47,582 nucleotides of DNA from Octopus bimaculoides (lineage: Eukaryota). The translations under genes and the position numbers were made by a program. The stretch's first letter is position 1; every line of letters starts with the position of its first letter. The stretch covers positions 55,593,845-55,641,426 of the forward strand of contig NC_068992.1 of the NCBI RefSeq assembly GCF_001194135.2, in the 5' to 3' direction. The notes under the pieces were generated by a model, which ran no database searches, had not been told where the DNA came from, and was given only the letters and a program-made list of their open reading frames with translations. Positions 34,051 to 47,413 of this stretch are shown piece by piece.

Positions 34051-35534
34051 GAAGTTTTAAATGTTGAATCTTGTAATTGGTAAACTCGGAGCGACTGATA
34101 AACAGCCTTATATTAAATTGATATATAGCATTTCTAATTCGTATACAAACGTGGAACGGCACTAACTGTAATATATTTTACTCAGAGAAACCTCTTAGAG
34201 AGAGATTTATATGTTGAAAACTCAAGGCTTCACTCAGGATGCAGGAAGTGAATCGCCAGACACAGTGTGTCTTTCGAAACGAAAGTTACGTGCAGGTACA
34301 TAAAGCGAACATAAATGTAATAAAATGTCTGAATCCGCTAAGATTCGATCGCATGCCTTATTTTCGCGCACTCTTCTGTAATTACTGCAGTAATATGAAA
34401 ACAATGTACTTTTCTACATTTAACACTTGCGCTCACAAAGCACAGATCGAAAATTATAATTGTTTATACTCTTACTTAAAGATTGTTTCGTCTATCATTT
34501 TTATTTTTCTCATTCAGTATGTTTATACCGTTGGGCCAGGATCAAGTTTCGATGGTGAAATCTTTTAGTAGCGATCATCAACAAATTCTTTCGTATCATA
34601 TTTAAAGAACCAAAATCTGGAGCTTTTACCGTCTATACTTTCAACACTGAATGTTTAAATGTGATTTCTTAAGTAAATTGGGGCTGAATGTAAATATGTG
34701 TCTGGGCTGTTTGAAACGCTGATAACAAAGAAGAGAGTCGCCAGGAAGAATTAGTGTTATCTCATCAGTTATCAACTTCAGTAAAAAACATGTTAATCAC
34801 TCTGAAAAAAATCAGTATTTAACACTGCTTCAAACAAACCAACTGTTTGGGTTTTTTTGTTGTTCGTTTTCGTTTTTAATCTTTGTATCCACCATTAAGA
34901 AATTAAGTGTTTAATGGGGGAGGTTAATAAATCTGTTTTAAGGTATAAAGTCTAAAATAATTGTTATAATGTTCAAATTAGACATGTGTATACACAACGG
35001 TACACGCCTGAAGTGGGTGTACATGTCTCTTTAGCACACAAAGTGTGTATGACACTCTTTCCGTAGATATAGTTGTATGTATGTGTTCAACTTAGAAACC
35101 TCAAACGGAGAATCCCTTAACTTTATAAATTTTTCATTTCATCCTTAGTCGATTGTATGTGGAGAAAACGAATCGGTTTACTTAGTTCTTTTTGTATGTG
35201 CTAGAACCTCAGCGTTTCTATACTTTTATGCAAATATGCTATTACGTAGCCCAGTTTACCTGTGATAACAGGTACGAATGAAAATCTAAATCTTGGGTAT
35301 AAGAGCTGGAAGATTCTCATTCATTTTCCATAGATGTTCTCCATTTCCTCAAATTTTAACGGTAAAGTCACATTCACAAGCAGTTCATCTCTACAACAAT
35401 GCATGAGGTTTGTTCCCTGTACCATACAATGGTATATAGCAAAATACGCGTATACAAGTTTTCTGTTTTTATTGGAATACTCTGCCAGTATTCTTTATTT
35501 CTATGGATGTGGATGCATTCTGGTGCTGGTCTAC

Positions 35535-35885
35535 TTTTGGTGTTAAGACAATCTTTCCAGCTTATTGCATTGTAGATAGTTTAGTCAACAATACCATGTC
35601 TCATGGGAAGGTAGTATGTTACGAACATTTTGGATAGCTACTGATAATCTATATGATGTCTTCCACATTGGTCTGGTACAATTGATGTTTTCTATTACGA
35701 TATAGAATTCTAGAGTCGTCCATATCTCCCTCGTTGACCAGATATTTAGTAGACATCTGTTCTTGGATAGCAAAAGCACAGCCTTCCAGGTGGAATGTGA
35801 TGTATTTATCGCAGATTCAAGACAGCTTACTATTCCTGTCAATGTTGTTGGTAATCTCTCACGTGTACTCATGCATAACTTTCTA
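35535..35885 (-). mobile_element. R4-clade-like LINE fragment, copy 3 (pre-knuckle/knuckle region)
   Basis: YITFHLEGCAFAIQEQ.STKYLVN..NVEDI..IISS.PK.S...LP.RH..V..KTIYNAI..KD overlaps copy 2. Degenerate RT-thumb traces may extend to about 36150. Confidence 0.75.
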
Positions 35886-36596
35886 CTGACTGAAAGTTAT
35901 GCATCTATCATCCGTGAATCTATCATTCGCTTTCCACTTAATTATATTATCTAACTGCACAATATTTTTTATGAGTCTACAGACATTTGTCTGATGATCG
36001 ATCATTTTGTTTGTGTCTTCTGTTTACGATCGATTTCTGCTGCTCTTGTTTGTTAGCAGCACAGTATTGTAGGGCACTCGATATCCAAATAGTGGAATTT
36101 TTTGACCTGTGGTAAGTGTTCCACACAGTCGATAATAGATAATATCAGTTGTTCGTTCATGTAATTATCCTTTGAATTGAATATATTGTAAATTGGCGAC
36201 ATGCTTGTCTCTGTTTTTGTGTTGTTATTGCTGACCTACCAATCCCAGTTCATGTTGTTTACGGTTTTCTGACGAGAAAACAAAATACTGGTTTCTTCTG
36301 ACTTTCATTAAATGATCCATTTGAATGGTTTAAAACGAACAGGACATCACCTGGAGAGAACTGATAGTCTGTTATATACATATTATTCTTTCTATGTGCA
36401 GACAGAAAGCGTTGCGATATTTCTTCTACTTCGTTGTCCTGAATTCATATCTCTCCGAAATTAACTCTGTATTTCGTCTTTGCGGGCTCGAAAATTAAAT
36501 ACCATCTGAATGCAAACGAATTTTCCCTCCAAATGTCACATATTTGGATTTTCCACTGGTTGAAGAATGAGGTTGTCTGTGTTGTTCACGACTGTC

Positions 36597-36723
<127 letters not shown>

Positions 36724-36744
36724 ATGCACATGTATTTATATAAC

Positions 36745-37188
36745 GTTCCATTCATTGGACTGTAGACATGCTGGAGCACTATCTTGGAGGATTTAGTCGA
36801 AAAAAATCAACATTAGAACCTATTTTCTTTTTAAAAGTCTGATGCTTATTCTATCTGTCTTGCCGATCCACTAGGTTACGAGGACATAAACAAACCAGTA
36901 CCGGTTTTCAAGGGAAGGGTGGAAAACAAACACAAAGGCACACATAAACATACATGCAGACATACATACACAGACACACATACACGAATATATACATGTG
37001 TGTGTGTCTGTGTGTAGCTATAGATATAGGTTTAGAGATATCATCGTCTACTAAATTCACTGGCAAGGCTTTGGTCGGCCCGAGGCTATAACAGAAAACA
37101 CTAGACCAAGGTGTTGCGCATTTGAGCTGAGCCCGAAATAATGTGGCTGGGTAGCAAGCACCCGACTACACAGTCATGCCTGTGCTTA
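36745..37188 (-). mobile_element. Diverged full-length SINE family A
   Basis: 'catgctggagcact..tttagtcga', 'ggctttggtcggcccgaggctata', 'agcaagc..ctacacagtcatgcctg'. Confidence 0.82.
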
Positions 37189-39104
37189 TAGTCAGAAAGA
37201 GGGAGGAGGGAGAGAGATCGGGTAAGAGATATATAGAAAAAGAGAAAGAGGGAAGGGGAAAGAGAGAGTATCACACACGCATATATATATATGTATGTTG
37301 GTGCATATGCATGTGTTTGTACAAAAGGTAGCCAACTGAAAGAGTCGTTAATGTCCAATAGAATACATTGCTACTTTTGTTTCAGCTCTCTTCGTTCCGC
37401 GATCAAATTCTGTCGGCGTGAAACTGTATTTTCTTCCTTTCAGAGTCAATATATAGAGTACTACCCAAGTATTGGTGCAACCGTTTCTCAAGAATAATTT
37501 TAATGCTTGCTCATAGCAAGATATATGCCTTATTTTCTAATCAATAGAGAGAAATCGTAGAAATATAAGCTGCAAATCTAACATCCAGTTTACCTGTTAA
37601 TGCAAGAATACAAATTCAAATAGAATTAAGGTTTCTAATATATTGGGTTTCCGTTATCCTGATATCCTGCAAATTGGAGCATTTCAACAAAATGCTTTCT
37701 TTGAATTGAATTTGGCATTTCTATATATCACAAAAGACGATGTTGTGCGTTGTGTTGTTTCCTTGAATATTACACTAGACGACGAAAGATATCCCACTAC
37801 TCAAAAATCGTTCGTTTGTTTATTAACCTAATTAGTTTTAAATAATTTTTCTTTATAGCAATTCTTCTGCTTTGATTATTCACCTAAAATCGAATATCAC
37901 ATGACATAAACGTGTGTGTGTGTGTGTGTGCGTGTGTGTGCGTGTGTGTGTCTGTCTGTTTGTGTTCGTTTGTGCGGAGACGATTTCAATTGCCTGACTT
38001 ACAACCGATATTTAGAACTCCACGTGCATTCTTATAGATCGAAAGGAAAAACTGCAAAAAAATAAAACTTGTGCATATTATAGCTCAAGTTTCTTTTCAC
38101 TTGTTCCTACGATTTGAAAGATCTTAGAGCATATAAAAAAGCTGGAGAGTTGGTTTTCAAATTATTTAATTACGTTATCTTACATGTATTTCATTAAAGC
38201 ATACGACCGAATTATGCAATCCAAGCCAAGTAACCTCTCTATCTCTCACTTCATTAGAAATTCGTACTAATTTCTGATTGAGTGGAGTAAATCCATGTTA
38301 TATGTCTTTCATATATGACAAAGATTTACCAATCATACGAATCTTACGAATAAGATAAACAAGGTATCATAACATTGACAATATTAAAATGCTAATGATA
38401 ATCTTAGGAATTCTGTAACGTAGACACAGAGTTAGTTGCGATGGAAAGCTGTCGGCGACTGAACCTTCCTGAATATACTACAGGTATTTATTGCAGTATT
38501 ACCGACTGCAAAATACATTTGACACAGGCTAGATTAGATCAGAAAATGTCGGAAACCGAGATTAACACTGAAAAGTATTTGATTTGGCGTTTAAATTATG
38601 TTGAACCTAATAGCATATATACCAAGATTGGCGCATTCGTTTATTTTTCTTTTAGCAGATTCAATTATTGAACTGCAACCATGCTTCGGCACTTCCTTTG
38701 AAAATTTTACTCAATTATAACCAGCTCAGTATTTTATCTGAGTTATTTCATCGTTCTATAGAGAAATAATGTAAATTAGGCTAAATATTTCTTACGTTAT
38801 TTCTTTTCGTCCAAGAACCACTTTACAGAGTGAATTTTATCGTGACACTAACACAGTAGAGGATGCTTTGTCGCCTGCGAGACTGAAGAACCCTCTCAAA
38901 GTTTTTTCCATTCTTTCAAGCCAAACGTAACCGACAGTTTAAATAGAAGACAGTGATGAACAAAGGCGTGAAGGAAGAGAATATATGAGGATGAATTCGA
39001 TAAGGAAATCAAAGTGACAGTGAGATAGGAGAGGGGGTAATTAGACATGTCGGTTACTGGTAAGAAGAATCAATACGAAATATCATATATATATATACAT
39101 ATAT

Positions 39105-39187
39105 GTTAAATAAAATGAGACAACAAAACCAAGGTTGTGTGGAATTTATAGGACATTTATAGAGAAAGGTAGTCTTACAGCTGTTTC
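39105..39187 (-). mobile_element. Penelope-type terminal fragment retaining only the hammerhead 3' half
   Basis: GAAACAGCTGTA (39187->39176) is identical to the 12-mer at 16770->16759. The CUGAnGA half is replaced by a SINE. Confidence 0.5.
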
Positions 39188-39760
39188 TGGGGTCGATATA
39201 ATCGACTTACAGCACTGGGGTCGATGTAATCGACTTAATCCCTTTGTATGACCTTGTTTGTCCCCTCTGTGTGTAGCCCCTTGTGGGCAGTAAAGAAATA
39301 AGAAACATTAGCACGTCGGGCAAAATGCTTAGCGGTATTTCGTCTNNNNNNNNNNCATTAGCACGTCGGGCAAAATGCTTAGCGGTATTTCGTCTGTCTT
39401 TACGTTCTGAGTTCAAATTCCGGCGAGATTGTCTTTGCCTTTCATCCTTTCGGGGTCAATAAATTAATTACCAGTTACGCACTGGGGTCAATGTAATCGA
39501 CATAATCCCTTTGTCTGTCCTTGTTTGTCCCCTCTATGTTTAGCCCCTTATGAGCAATAAAGAAATAAGAAACAGCACGTCAGGCGAAATGCTTAGCGGT
39601 ATTTCTTTACTTCGGAGTTCAAATTCTACTGAGGTTGACTTTGCCTTTCATCCTTTCGGTGACGATAAATTAAATACCAGTTGCGTACTGGGGTCGAGCT
39701 AATCGACTAGCCTCCTGCCCAAAAATTCCGGCTCTTGTGCCTAGAATAGAAAAGATTATA
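39188..39760 (+). mobile_element. Head-to-tail array of at least 3 SINE family B units (about 217-bp period)
   Basis: Tail 'taaagaaataagaaac' runs directly into 'attagcacg'/'agcacg' at 39301 and 39568. The 40-bp duplication around the 10-N gap is an assembly artefact. Confidence 0.9.
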
Positions 39761-40987
39761 ATGTTAGTGGCGGGGTATTACGCATGCAATCGAGATGTGG
39801 CTGTGTTGCAAAAGAGGTTTTATATTTAAATTATTTGTGCAAACAACCAACGCTTCCGTGCCATTTCTGTTTATTAAATTTCCTTTACAAAACTTGGATC
39901 TGCCCAGAACTATGCCAGATAGAACTTATACAAAATGCCAGGCGATGGGATGGAATTTTGGACTTCAGTATTGCGATGCAAAATTCTTAACAATTTATAA
40001 CCATACATATATCCACAAGCAATTAAGAAATGGAGATATTTTTAGAGAATGTTTTTGTCGTTTTAATCTTTTTGGTTTGTTTTATTGAACACCATTATAG
40101 AATAATATTTGCTTCGATTTTCAATATCAAGCGTCTAATTTGTAGATTTTCCTTTTCTTGGAGGAGTGAATTATTATTTAAAATGCGATAACTAATTACG
40201 TAATTATTAATTATGTTATGTAATTACGCATTACGCATTTCAAATCTTTTGAATATTATATAACTTTATTGAAATATAGTTAAGACTACAACTTATATCA
40301 TCACGAATCTTTTGAGTGAGAGTGTCTTTGTTTGTTTTTTCTGTATTTTTGCGATTTTTGTTTTTTGTTTTTTTGTTTTTTTTTCTCATCTCTGCTGAAT
40401 GGAAATTAAATGTCATTCCCACATCAAACAACATTTTGTCAGTCAGTCGATTTTTTTCTATCGCTTCAGCAAAAGAAAGAAATAAGAGTATTTGTTTTGA
40501 CCAATAATGGGTTTCGGTAGTGACAACTCTAGAGAAATTTGTAACTAATAGCTTTACTCCTCAATCAACATTATTGCAGACATCGTAAATAGTCTTGTAT
40601 AAAGCATTTCATTCTATTCAAAGACAGAAGAATCTATTAATCGTTATTTATTTAGTTTGGGTTGTTTCTTTAGTAGCATTATCGAATTCTATAGTCAAAA
40701 CGGGGAAATATGCAAGGGCTTCATTGTCAAAGAACGATTTTCAATTTTAGATGTGCTGAATGAAAACATTCTCAATTATGCCATAAATCTATAGATTCAG
40801 AAAGCCAGTATTAAAGATGACAAACAAAGAAACCTACGGACTCAATCTACTGAATTATTCGATAAGGTGACATTTTTTCGAGAATGTAATTAATAAGCTG
40901 ATGCAGTTTATCGATGTCCTCTGGTAAATCCTAACTACTAAACCCCTTTACTCGATAATATTATTTTCAGGTGTTGACTTAAAGCAG

Positions 40988-41102
<115 letters not shown>

Positions 41103-41748
41103 TCTGGAATGCTGGTACTATCAAATTTCACATTTAAATGTCACATCTTCAAAACGTTAGCCCACGATCTCAAATAGTATAGAAGATAAAAAATACTATA
41201 TTCTTATACACAGATAAAGATCTATATATATATATATATGCATATATACCTGCATACAAAGACATGCTGAGTAAAAGGCACAATAGACTACTTTCTGTAT
41301 TTATATAATAATCCAATCTTCCTCGGCCATTACACTTTCGTTATGCATTCTCTAGAGTACGTTTCTGATGCAACACCATAAAATAGAATACTCTAGGTAA
41401 CTGTATATATTTTCGTCCTGACACATGCAAAGACGAAACAACTTCATCGTGTTATTCTCCACAGATCAACTCTGATATTTCAATCTAGTAAAAAAAATCG
41501 CTGCTACGTCAATAGTAGAATGTGGGTTGGGGTGTCCATTGATAAATTGTAAAAACGAAACGTTCTGCATAATAATGAAGATTTAAAAGGTTACAGCCAC
41601 CACCATAACACACACAAACACACAATTCCACATATGCATTATGCATATGTATGTGTATGTGTGTGTACGCGTGTATGTGTACGTGGTGAGGTGTATACAC
41701 ATTTATATAGGTAGATAAAATATAGATAGACAGATAGATAGATAGATC

Positions 41749-41835
<87 letters not shown>

Positions 41836-42338
41836 GCGCACATATACAAATGGATTATAAAAATAAATCTATAATAACATCTTATGACTGGCTTAAATAT
41901 ATAGCAAAAAAATCAAAAAGAAATACAAGGTAGGTAAATAAGAGTTTAAAATAAAAAGAAATTCTATCAAAATAATTACATAACACGAATGGAATCGTCA
42001 TATTAAAAGCGCTTACTTGTAAAATGAAATTTTTTCCCAATAATAAAAATAATGAAAAATAATAGTAAAAGAATTTTTCTTTTTCTCTTTCATTTTTTTT
42101 TCTTTTTGTCTTCTTATGACCCGTGGCCTGGGATGGCAAAGAAACTAACTGAACCTATCACGATTTAAGAGAAGACATAAATAAGAAGAAAGTAAATGCG
42201 TCATGCCAAAATATAATATATAAAAACCTAAGACCGAAGAGTTGTGGCGTTTCCAGTTCTTTTAATATCTGTATACGGTTTATGTATGTATGCTTTGACA
42301 TCTTATTAAAATGGCTGTAGGCACTTATAAGTACGTAT

Positions 42339-42395
<57 letters not shown>

Positions 42396-42829
42396 ACGGA
42401 TGGGAAGAACGGCTTCTCTTTTAGACATGCATTAAAATACTACTGCACTGTATTTTCATCATTTTTACCAAGATATTATTTTTGTACTTCGTAGAAGTTC
42501 CTTCGAGATTGTTTGGAACAATAAAGTTCGTAAATCAAACATCAATATTTTAGTCCTTTCTAGTTCCATCTACAGAGTGAAGTTTTGCTGGTGTATGCTG
42601 TTTCTTCTTTATATTAGGCAAAGGATAGTGCAAGTATGCTTATATATAAATATATATAATACGCAATTATATAATATATATGTATATAATATATATGTGC
42701 ATATATCTAATAAATGTATCCATATGAATATACATATGCATATATAGTTCAAATTTACAGAAAACAAAAGACGAAGACAGACTCGTTTTTGGCATTAAAT
42801 AAATGCTACTTGCAGAAGAAACCATATTT

Positions 42830-43190
42830 CATCTGGCCCAAGTGGAGTTATTCCGAAGGATCTTTGGAATAATGTTACTTAAAAGAGTGAGTAGTTCGCA
42901 GTTTAGAGAGTCTCTCCAGATCAAGCCGCTTCTTCTCTGCACTGAGAAGTCACAGCTCTGGGTGCTACGGATTAGAATGTCGCAAAATGGGTTCTTCTAG
43001 CCGAGCCAATCGGCAGGAGACAAAGGATTAGATTAAGAGCGAGATGTTTGGATAATACCCATAGTTTCAATTGGTCGTGCTTGGGAGTCAAGTCGGGAAA
43101 TCAAATGATGGTTGCTTGTAAAGGAGGAGGTAACTGGGGGCTCTACACTCACGACAACCCCAGGAGAAGTGGGAAGAGAAGATGGCTGAG
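42830..43190 (+). mobile_element. RTE-clade LINE ORF 3' end (degenerate)
   Basis: VELFRRIFGIMLLKRVSSSQFRESLQIKPLLL..EKSQL.W..RM..P.GRR..R.RAR.LDN.HS..WS.LG fits the RTE thumb/C-terminus (E..FLRRI..R....IR..QLRW.GH..RM..P.G.R..GRP..RW.D). Confidence 0.82.
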
Positions 43191-43844
43191 CGGATATTTA
43201 ATTTGGATTCTTTTAAGTGTTACAAAATATGTTTTATTTTACCGGATGTCTTTCTTCCTTTTTCTCTAGCTGAGGAAAACCTAACTCAACAGTATTACTC
43301 ATTCACACACACCTACACATTTTCATCAATCCTGACAAATGACTCACGGAGTACTTTCACTTACCGAACCTTTGTCACGTGCCATAGTTTGTTGAAAATA
43401 GTCAAGGCGGCCAATGTGATTCCGTGTGACGTCTTCGATTGACTGGAAATTTCATAGGTTTTTTACTATAATGTTATTAGAACACGAAATCAAATTATTA
43501 AACTGAACTTTGATCTATATTTATCAACTTGAGTGTTTTTTTAAAGTTAACTACATCTCAGTGTATTTCATAAGCTTTAGTGTTTCAATCTGTATAATAT
43601 ATTTCATTTTAATTCTACAATATTATAGTTTTATTGGAGAGTGAATGGATTTCCTATATTGTAATATTCGGGAACAATTATAAACTAGAAATCATGCATT
43701 TAAAAGGGAAAATGTATGCCCATTGAGAAACCTAAAGACTGGAGTAGCCAAAAATATTTGCGAAGAAACTGTTTTGGAAAAGAAGGAGAAGTAAAAAGAG
43801 ACAAAAGTGATTAATGTATTATTGGGATTTATTACTTATACATG

Positions 43845-43985
43845 TTACAAAGGCGGCGTGATAACCGAATCGTGAGAACGCTAGACAAAATGCTTTAATG
43901 ACACATTTTACGGGTTCAAGTGCCACGGTGATCGTCTTTTTCTTTTATCCTTCCGGTTTAGATGAAGTAAGTACCGGTTGAGTTT
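43845..43985 (+). mobile_element. Diverged SINE family B
   Basis: 'aaaggcggcgtga..gacaaaatgctt..gggttcaagtgcc..tttatccttccggt..aagtaccggttgag'. Confidence 0.65.
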
Positions 43986-44922
43986 ATAGTAAAAAGGGTT
44001 AATCATTTTTCTTCCTGAATATAACCATATTGATTTCAACATACAGCTTCAGATTATAGTTCTTAGAAAACAAATTGAAAATCGAATTTTTGTCTTTTGA
44101 CACTAAAATTTGAATGAGACTAGTTTGTCAATAACTTGCCGATTTAAAAAAAAAAACTGGTTACTCTGAGATATTTTTGTCGAAAAGAATTTTTAAAGTT
44201 CGTTTCAGGCGTTTCCTTGAACCATTGTTATTTTCTGTGACTTACTATTTTATTGAATTGTTTAGCATTCGTTTAGAGTGAATTTGTTATAACGAAAGTT
44301 CTTTGTGTATAGAAAATAGACTTGGTATCGTAGTTAATGAAGTGAAGTCGTTGTCTGATGCTATTACGTTTGTAATGTTCTTAGAAACATTTACGACACT
44401 TTAATATCTTTTTTGCAGTTGGTCGATTACATTGTGAAGATTATAGTTACTTTGAAGTAGTATCGATTATTACGAGAATTTTTCTCTATTTTATAAAGGT
44501 CCCTTCAGACCTGTTTGAAATGTTATGCATAGAAAAAGCATTTTAGACACATTAAGCGGAAACGATTCAATGGGACCTAATATATATCAAGAGAAATACT
44601 TTGTGGAATGTATAGATTTGGTTATCACGTCTTTGCTCATGTTCGACGGTCAAACATTTCGCAAAAGTTGCTTTGTTTAATCAATTCCGTATTGGCTCAT
44701 TTATCCAATCTCTTCTCGGACAAATTTTTTACTTGTGTTTCACTAATTCTTCACATTTACTACTTTCATTACGACCTTCGGGAACACAGACATTGTACAG
44801 GACCTTGATTCAGAAATTATTTCAAGTTGACAATATTCCAAGTCGAGTTATAATTTCAAAATGGTTGTAATAATAATGTTAAATGAATGTTAAATGACGT
44901 CATTTAACATTGCATTAGAATT

Positions 44923-45140
44923 GAAGGCAGCGACCTGGCAGAATTGTTAGCACTCCAAGCAAAATACTTAGCGGCATTTCGTCCGCCTTCACATTCTCAG
45001 TTCAAATTTCACCAAGGTCGACTTTGCCTTTCATTCCTTCGCGGTCGGTAAAATAATATTAGTTGAATACTTGGATCAATGTAACCGACTTACCCCTCCC
45101 CTGAAATTGCTGGCTCTGTGCCAAAATTTAAAACGAATAT
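44923..45140 (+). mobile_element. Full-length SINE family B
   Basis: 'aaggcagcgacctggcagaattgttagcac..gttcaaattt..ggtcgactttgcctttcattcc..aatgtaaccgacttaccc..ctgtgccaaaattt'. Confidence 0.9.
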
Positions 45141-45890
45141 TGAAATGTATTGAAACGGTTGTCCCTTTCAAGAGCTATTTTTGCATTCAACTATAAATGT
45201 CAAGCTCTACAATTTGATATATTTGTTGTTTCCTTTGTTTATTTGTTTACTTTTTTCTTGTCTCTTGTTTCAAGTTTTGTTAAATCTGTTAACGTAACTC
45301 TAAAATGTCTCCTTTTTTTTCAATGTTTATATTGGGGATGCACATTAAAGAGATGCACATTAAATTTCTATTAGTCTTTTTTTTTATCAGGAAGAGATTC
45401 TATGGATTGATTTACATTAACAGATTTCATGCCATAGATACCACAATTAGTTTCTTTGTGGAACCTTGCCAACGGAAGATTCTCCGATGATTAAGAAATA
45501 TTAAGTTGTGTGCGACAACACAAAAGGTTTACCTTGGACATGAAGGAAACAATTAAAGTTTTTAATACCTAATTTAAATTAACGAATAAACTTTCTTACC
45601 TTTCTTTATCAGAATTAATCATTAGGCTAATGATTTTTCCTCCTCAATAAGTGTCTAGTTTTCATTAATTGAAATTGTTAGATTTTCTGCCTTCAGTGTG
45701 ACAGAACCTTTTTAACTGTTTAAAACGAATCCCTTGATTTGTTTCTTTACATTTATTTACTTTGAAATTATTTTTCATTTCTTCGCTGTTAACATAATTG
45801 CAGTCCTACATCCCATTAGTAGAGAGCTGCTGCTTCCTCTGAATACATCTCATGCTTCTGAATGAATAAAAATCACATCACAGAACATAT

Positions 45891-46280
45891 GTTGTTTGTT
45901 GGCACTCCGTCGCTTACGACGTCGAGGGTTCCAGTTGATCCGATCAACGGAACAGCCTGCTCGTGAAATTAACGTGCAAGTGGCTGAGCACTCCACAGAC
46001 ACGTGTACCCTTAATGTAGTTCTCGGGGATATTCAGCGTGACACAGAGTGACAAGGCTGACCCTTTGAATTACAGGCACAACAGAAACAGGAAGTAAGAG
46101 TGAGAGAAAGTTGTGGTGGAAGAGTACAGCAGGGTTCGCCACCATCCCCTGCGGGAGCCTCGTGGAGCTTTTAGGTGTTTTCGCTCAATAAACACTCACA
46201 ACGCCCGGTCTGGGAATCGAAACCGTGATCCTATGACCGCGAGCCCGCTGCCCTAACCACTGGGCCATTGCGCCTCCACC
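45891..46280 (-). mobile_element. tRNA-derived SINE family C, full length, with 14-bp TSD
   Basis: Reverse complement 'ggtggaggcgcaatggcccagtggttagggcagcgggctcgcggtcataggatcacggtttcgattccc' (A and B boxes), tail '..gccaacaaacaac'. GCTTCTGAATGAAT at 45854-45867 and 46281-46294. Confidence 0.92.
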
Positions 46281-46303
46281 GCTTCTGAATGAATTCCATA
46301 AAG

Positions 46304-46485
46304 ATCAATGCCATATTAAGGCATGGGCGTATTGGGCAGATGCCCACAGGTCTCATGGGTCTAAGTGCCAAATTCTGATCTGTGTAGGTTGTGGTTTGTT
46401 GTCAACATAAATCGTACATGGTCCCAGTGCACTAATTTCACCGGGGGTGGAGAGGGGGCTTATAATGCTAGTAGAGTGGCCCTGC
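46304..46485. mobile_element. Possible degenerate MITE (CAGGGCC-type TIRs)
   Basis: The left end 'caatgccatattaag' and right end 'tagagtggccctg' are imperfect inverted ends around a GC-richer 180-bp block. Confidence 0.4.
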
Positions 46486-47343
46486 TAAAGATGATAACGA
46501 AGTAAGGAATACGTAAGATAAGAGTAGAAGATCTACTTAAATCTTTATTAGCATTCCAATATTTGTGATCATGTGATCAGACTATGGAGAAATTAGGAAA
46601 TTAACTAAAACGACCAACTATGTTCTAATTCGCACAACGAGAATTCTCGTCCCATGAAACGTAAGTGTTGTTTCTGTTTAAGGATATAAAAAGAAAGGAA
46701 CTACGTCTATCTGTTGAAATGTGACTCGTCTGTTCAAATGATCTGTGAAATCATAATCAATAGTCTATATTTTATTCTGCTCAGCAAACTTTTCTGTGTA
46801 TTACTGGCATATTTCGCACTTTGTTCCCTATTTCACACAGTTCTGGTGCATTTCACACTTTCTATGGAACACACCACAACTGATTGTATTCATAATGATT
46901 ATAACGTGTTATTTATAAATAAAAAACTGATACAGATTATTTACGTACGAGTTACCGTTTGTACTTATGCATTATTTTGTGGCGATTACAGACCTGAAAT
47001 ACGGATTTTCTGTTGCAGTATCTGTGGTTCTTATTTTAACTCTCTAGTTTCTCTACTACCATGGGGGATATTTCTTTTAAAAATAAAAGGTTAATACTCT
47101 AAACTAGATTTTTGTAATAGATGGCTCTGAAGATAGCCAGGTATATTTTCGTGTAAATGTTCCCTCTTCACTATTCACAAGTTCTTTATTACTCAGGAGG
47201 TTATAAATTATCAGTACAACGCATTATTGCTATTTCCATCATTAAGTTCAAATCATTTATGGATTTTCATTTCCTTTTACGTCTGTTTATTAACATTATT
47301 TATATAACTTTCATAGAATTCATAAGTATTTAACATGTGCAGT

Positions 47344-47349
<6 letters not shown>

Positions 47350-47411
<62 letters not shown>
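47350..47411. repeat. (CA)n microsatellite
   Basis: Direct reading. Confidence 0.97.

Positions 47412-47413
<2 letters not shown>

Noticed and set aside
39307-39395. 40-bp direct repeat around a 10-N gap (similarly 30521-30551)
   Set aside because: Typical contig-overlap artefact at a nominal gap.
46195-46280. tRNA gene (also 21100-21170 and 20748-20820)
   Set aside because: A/B boxes are present, but they continue into SINE bodies, carry TSDs in two cases, and lack a full cloverleaf acceptor stem.
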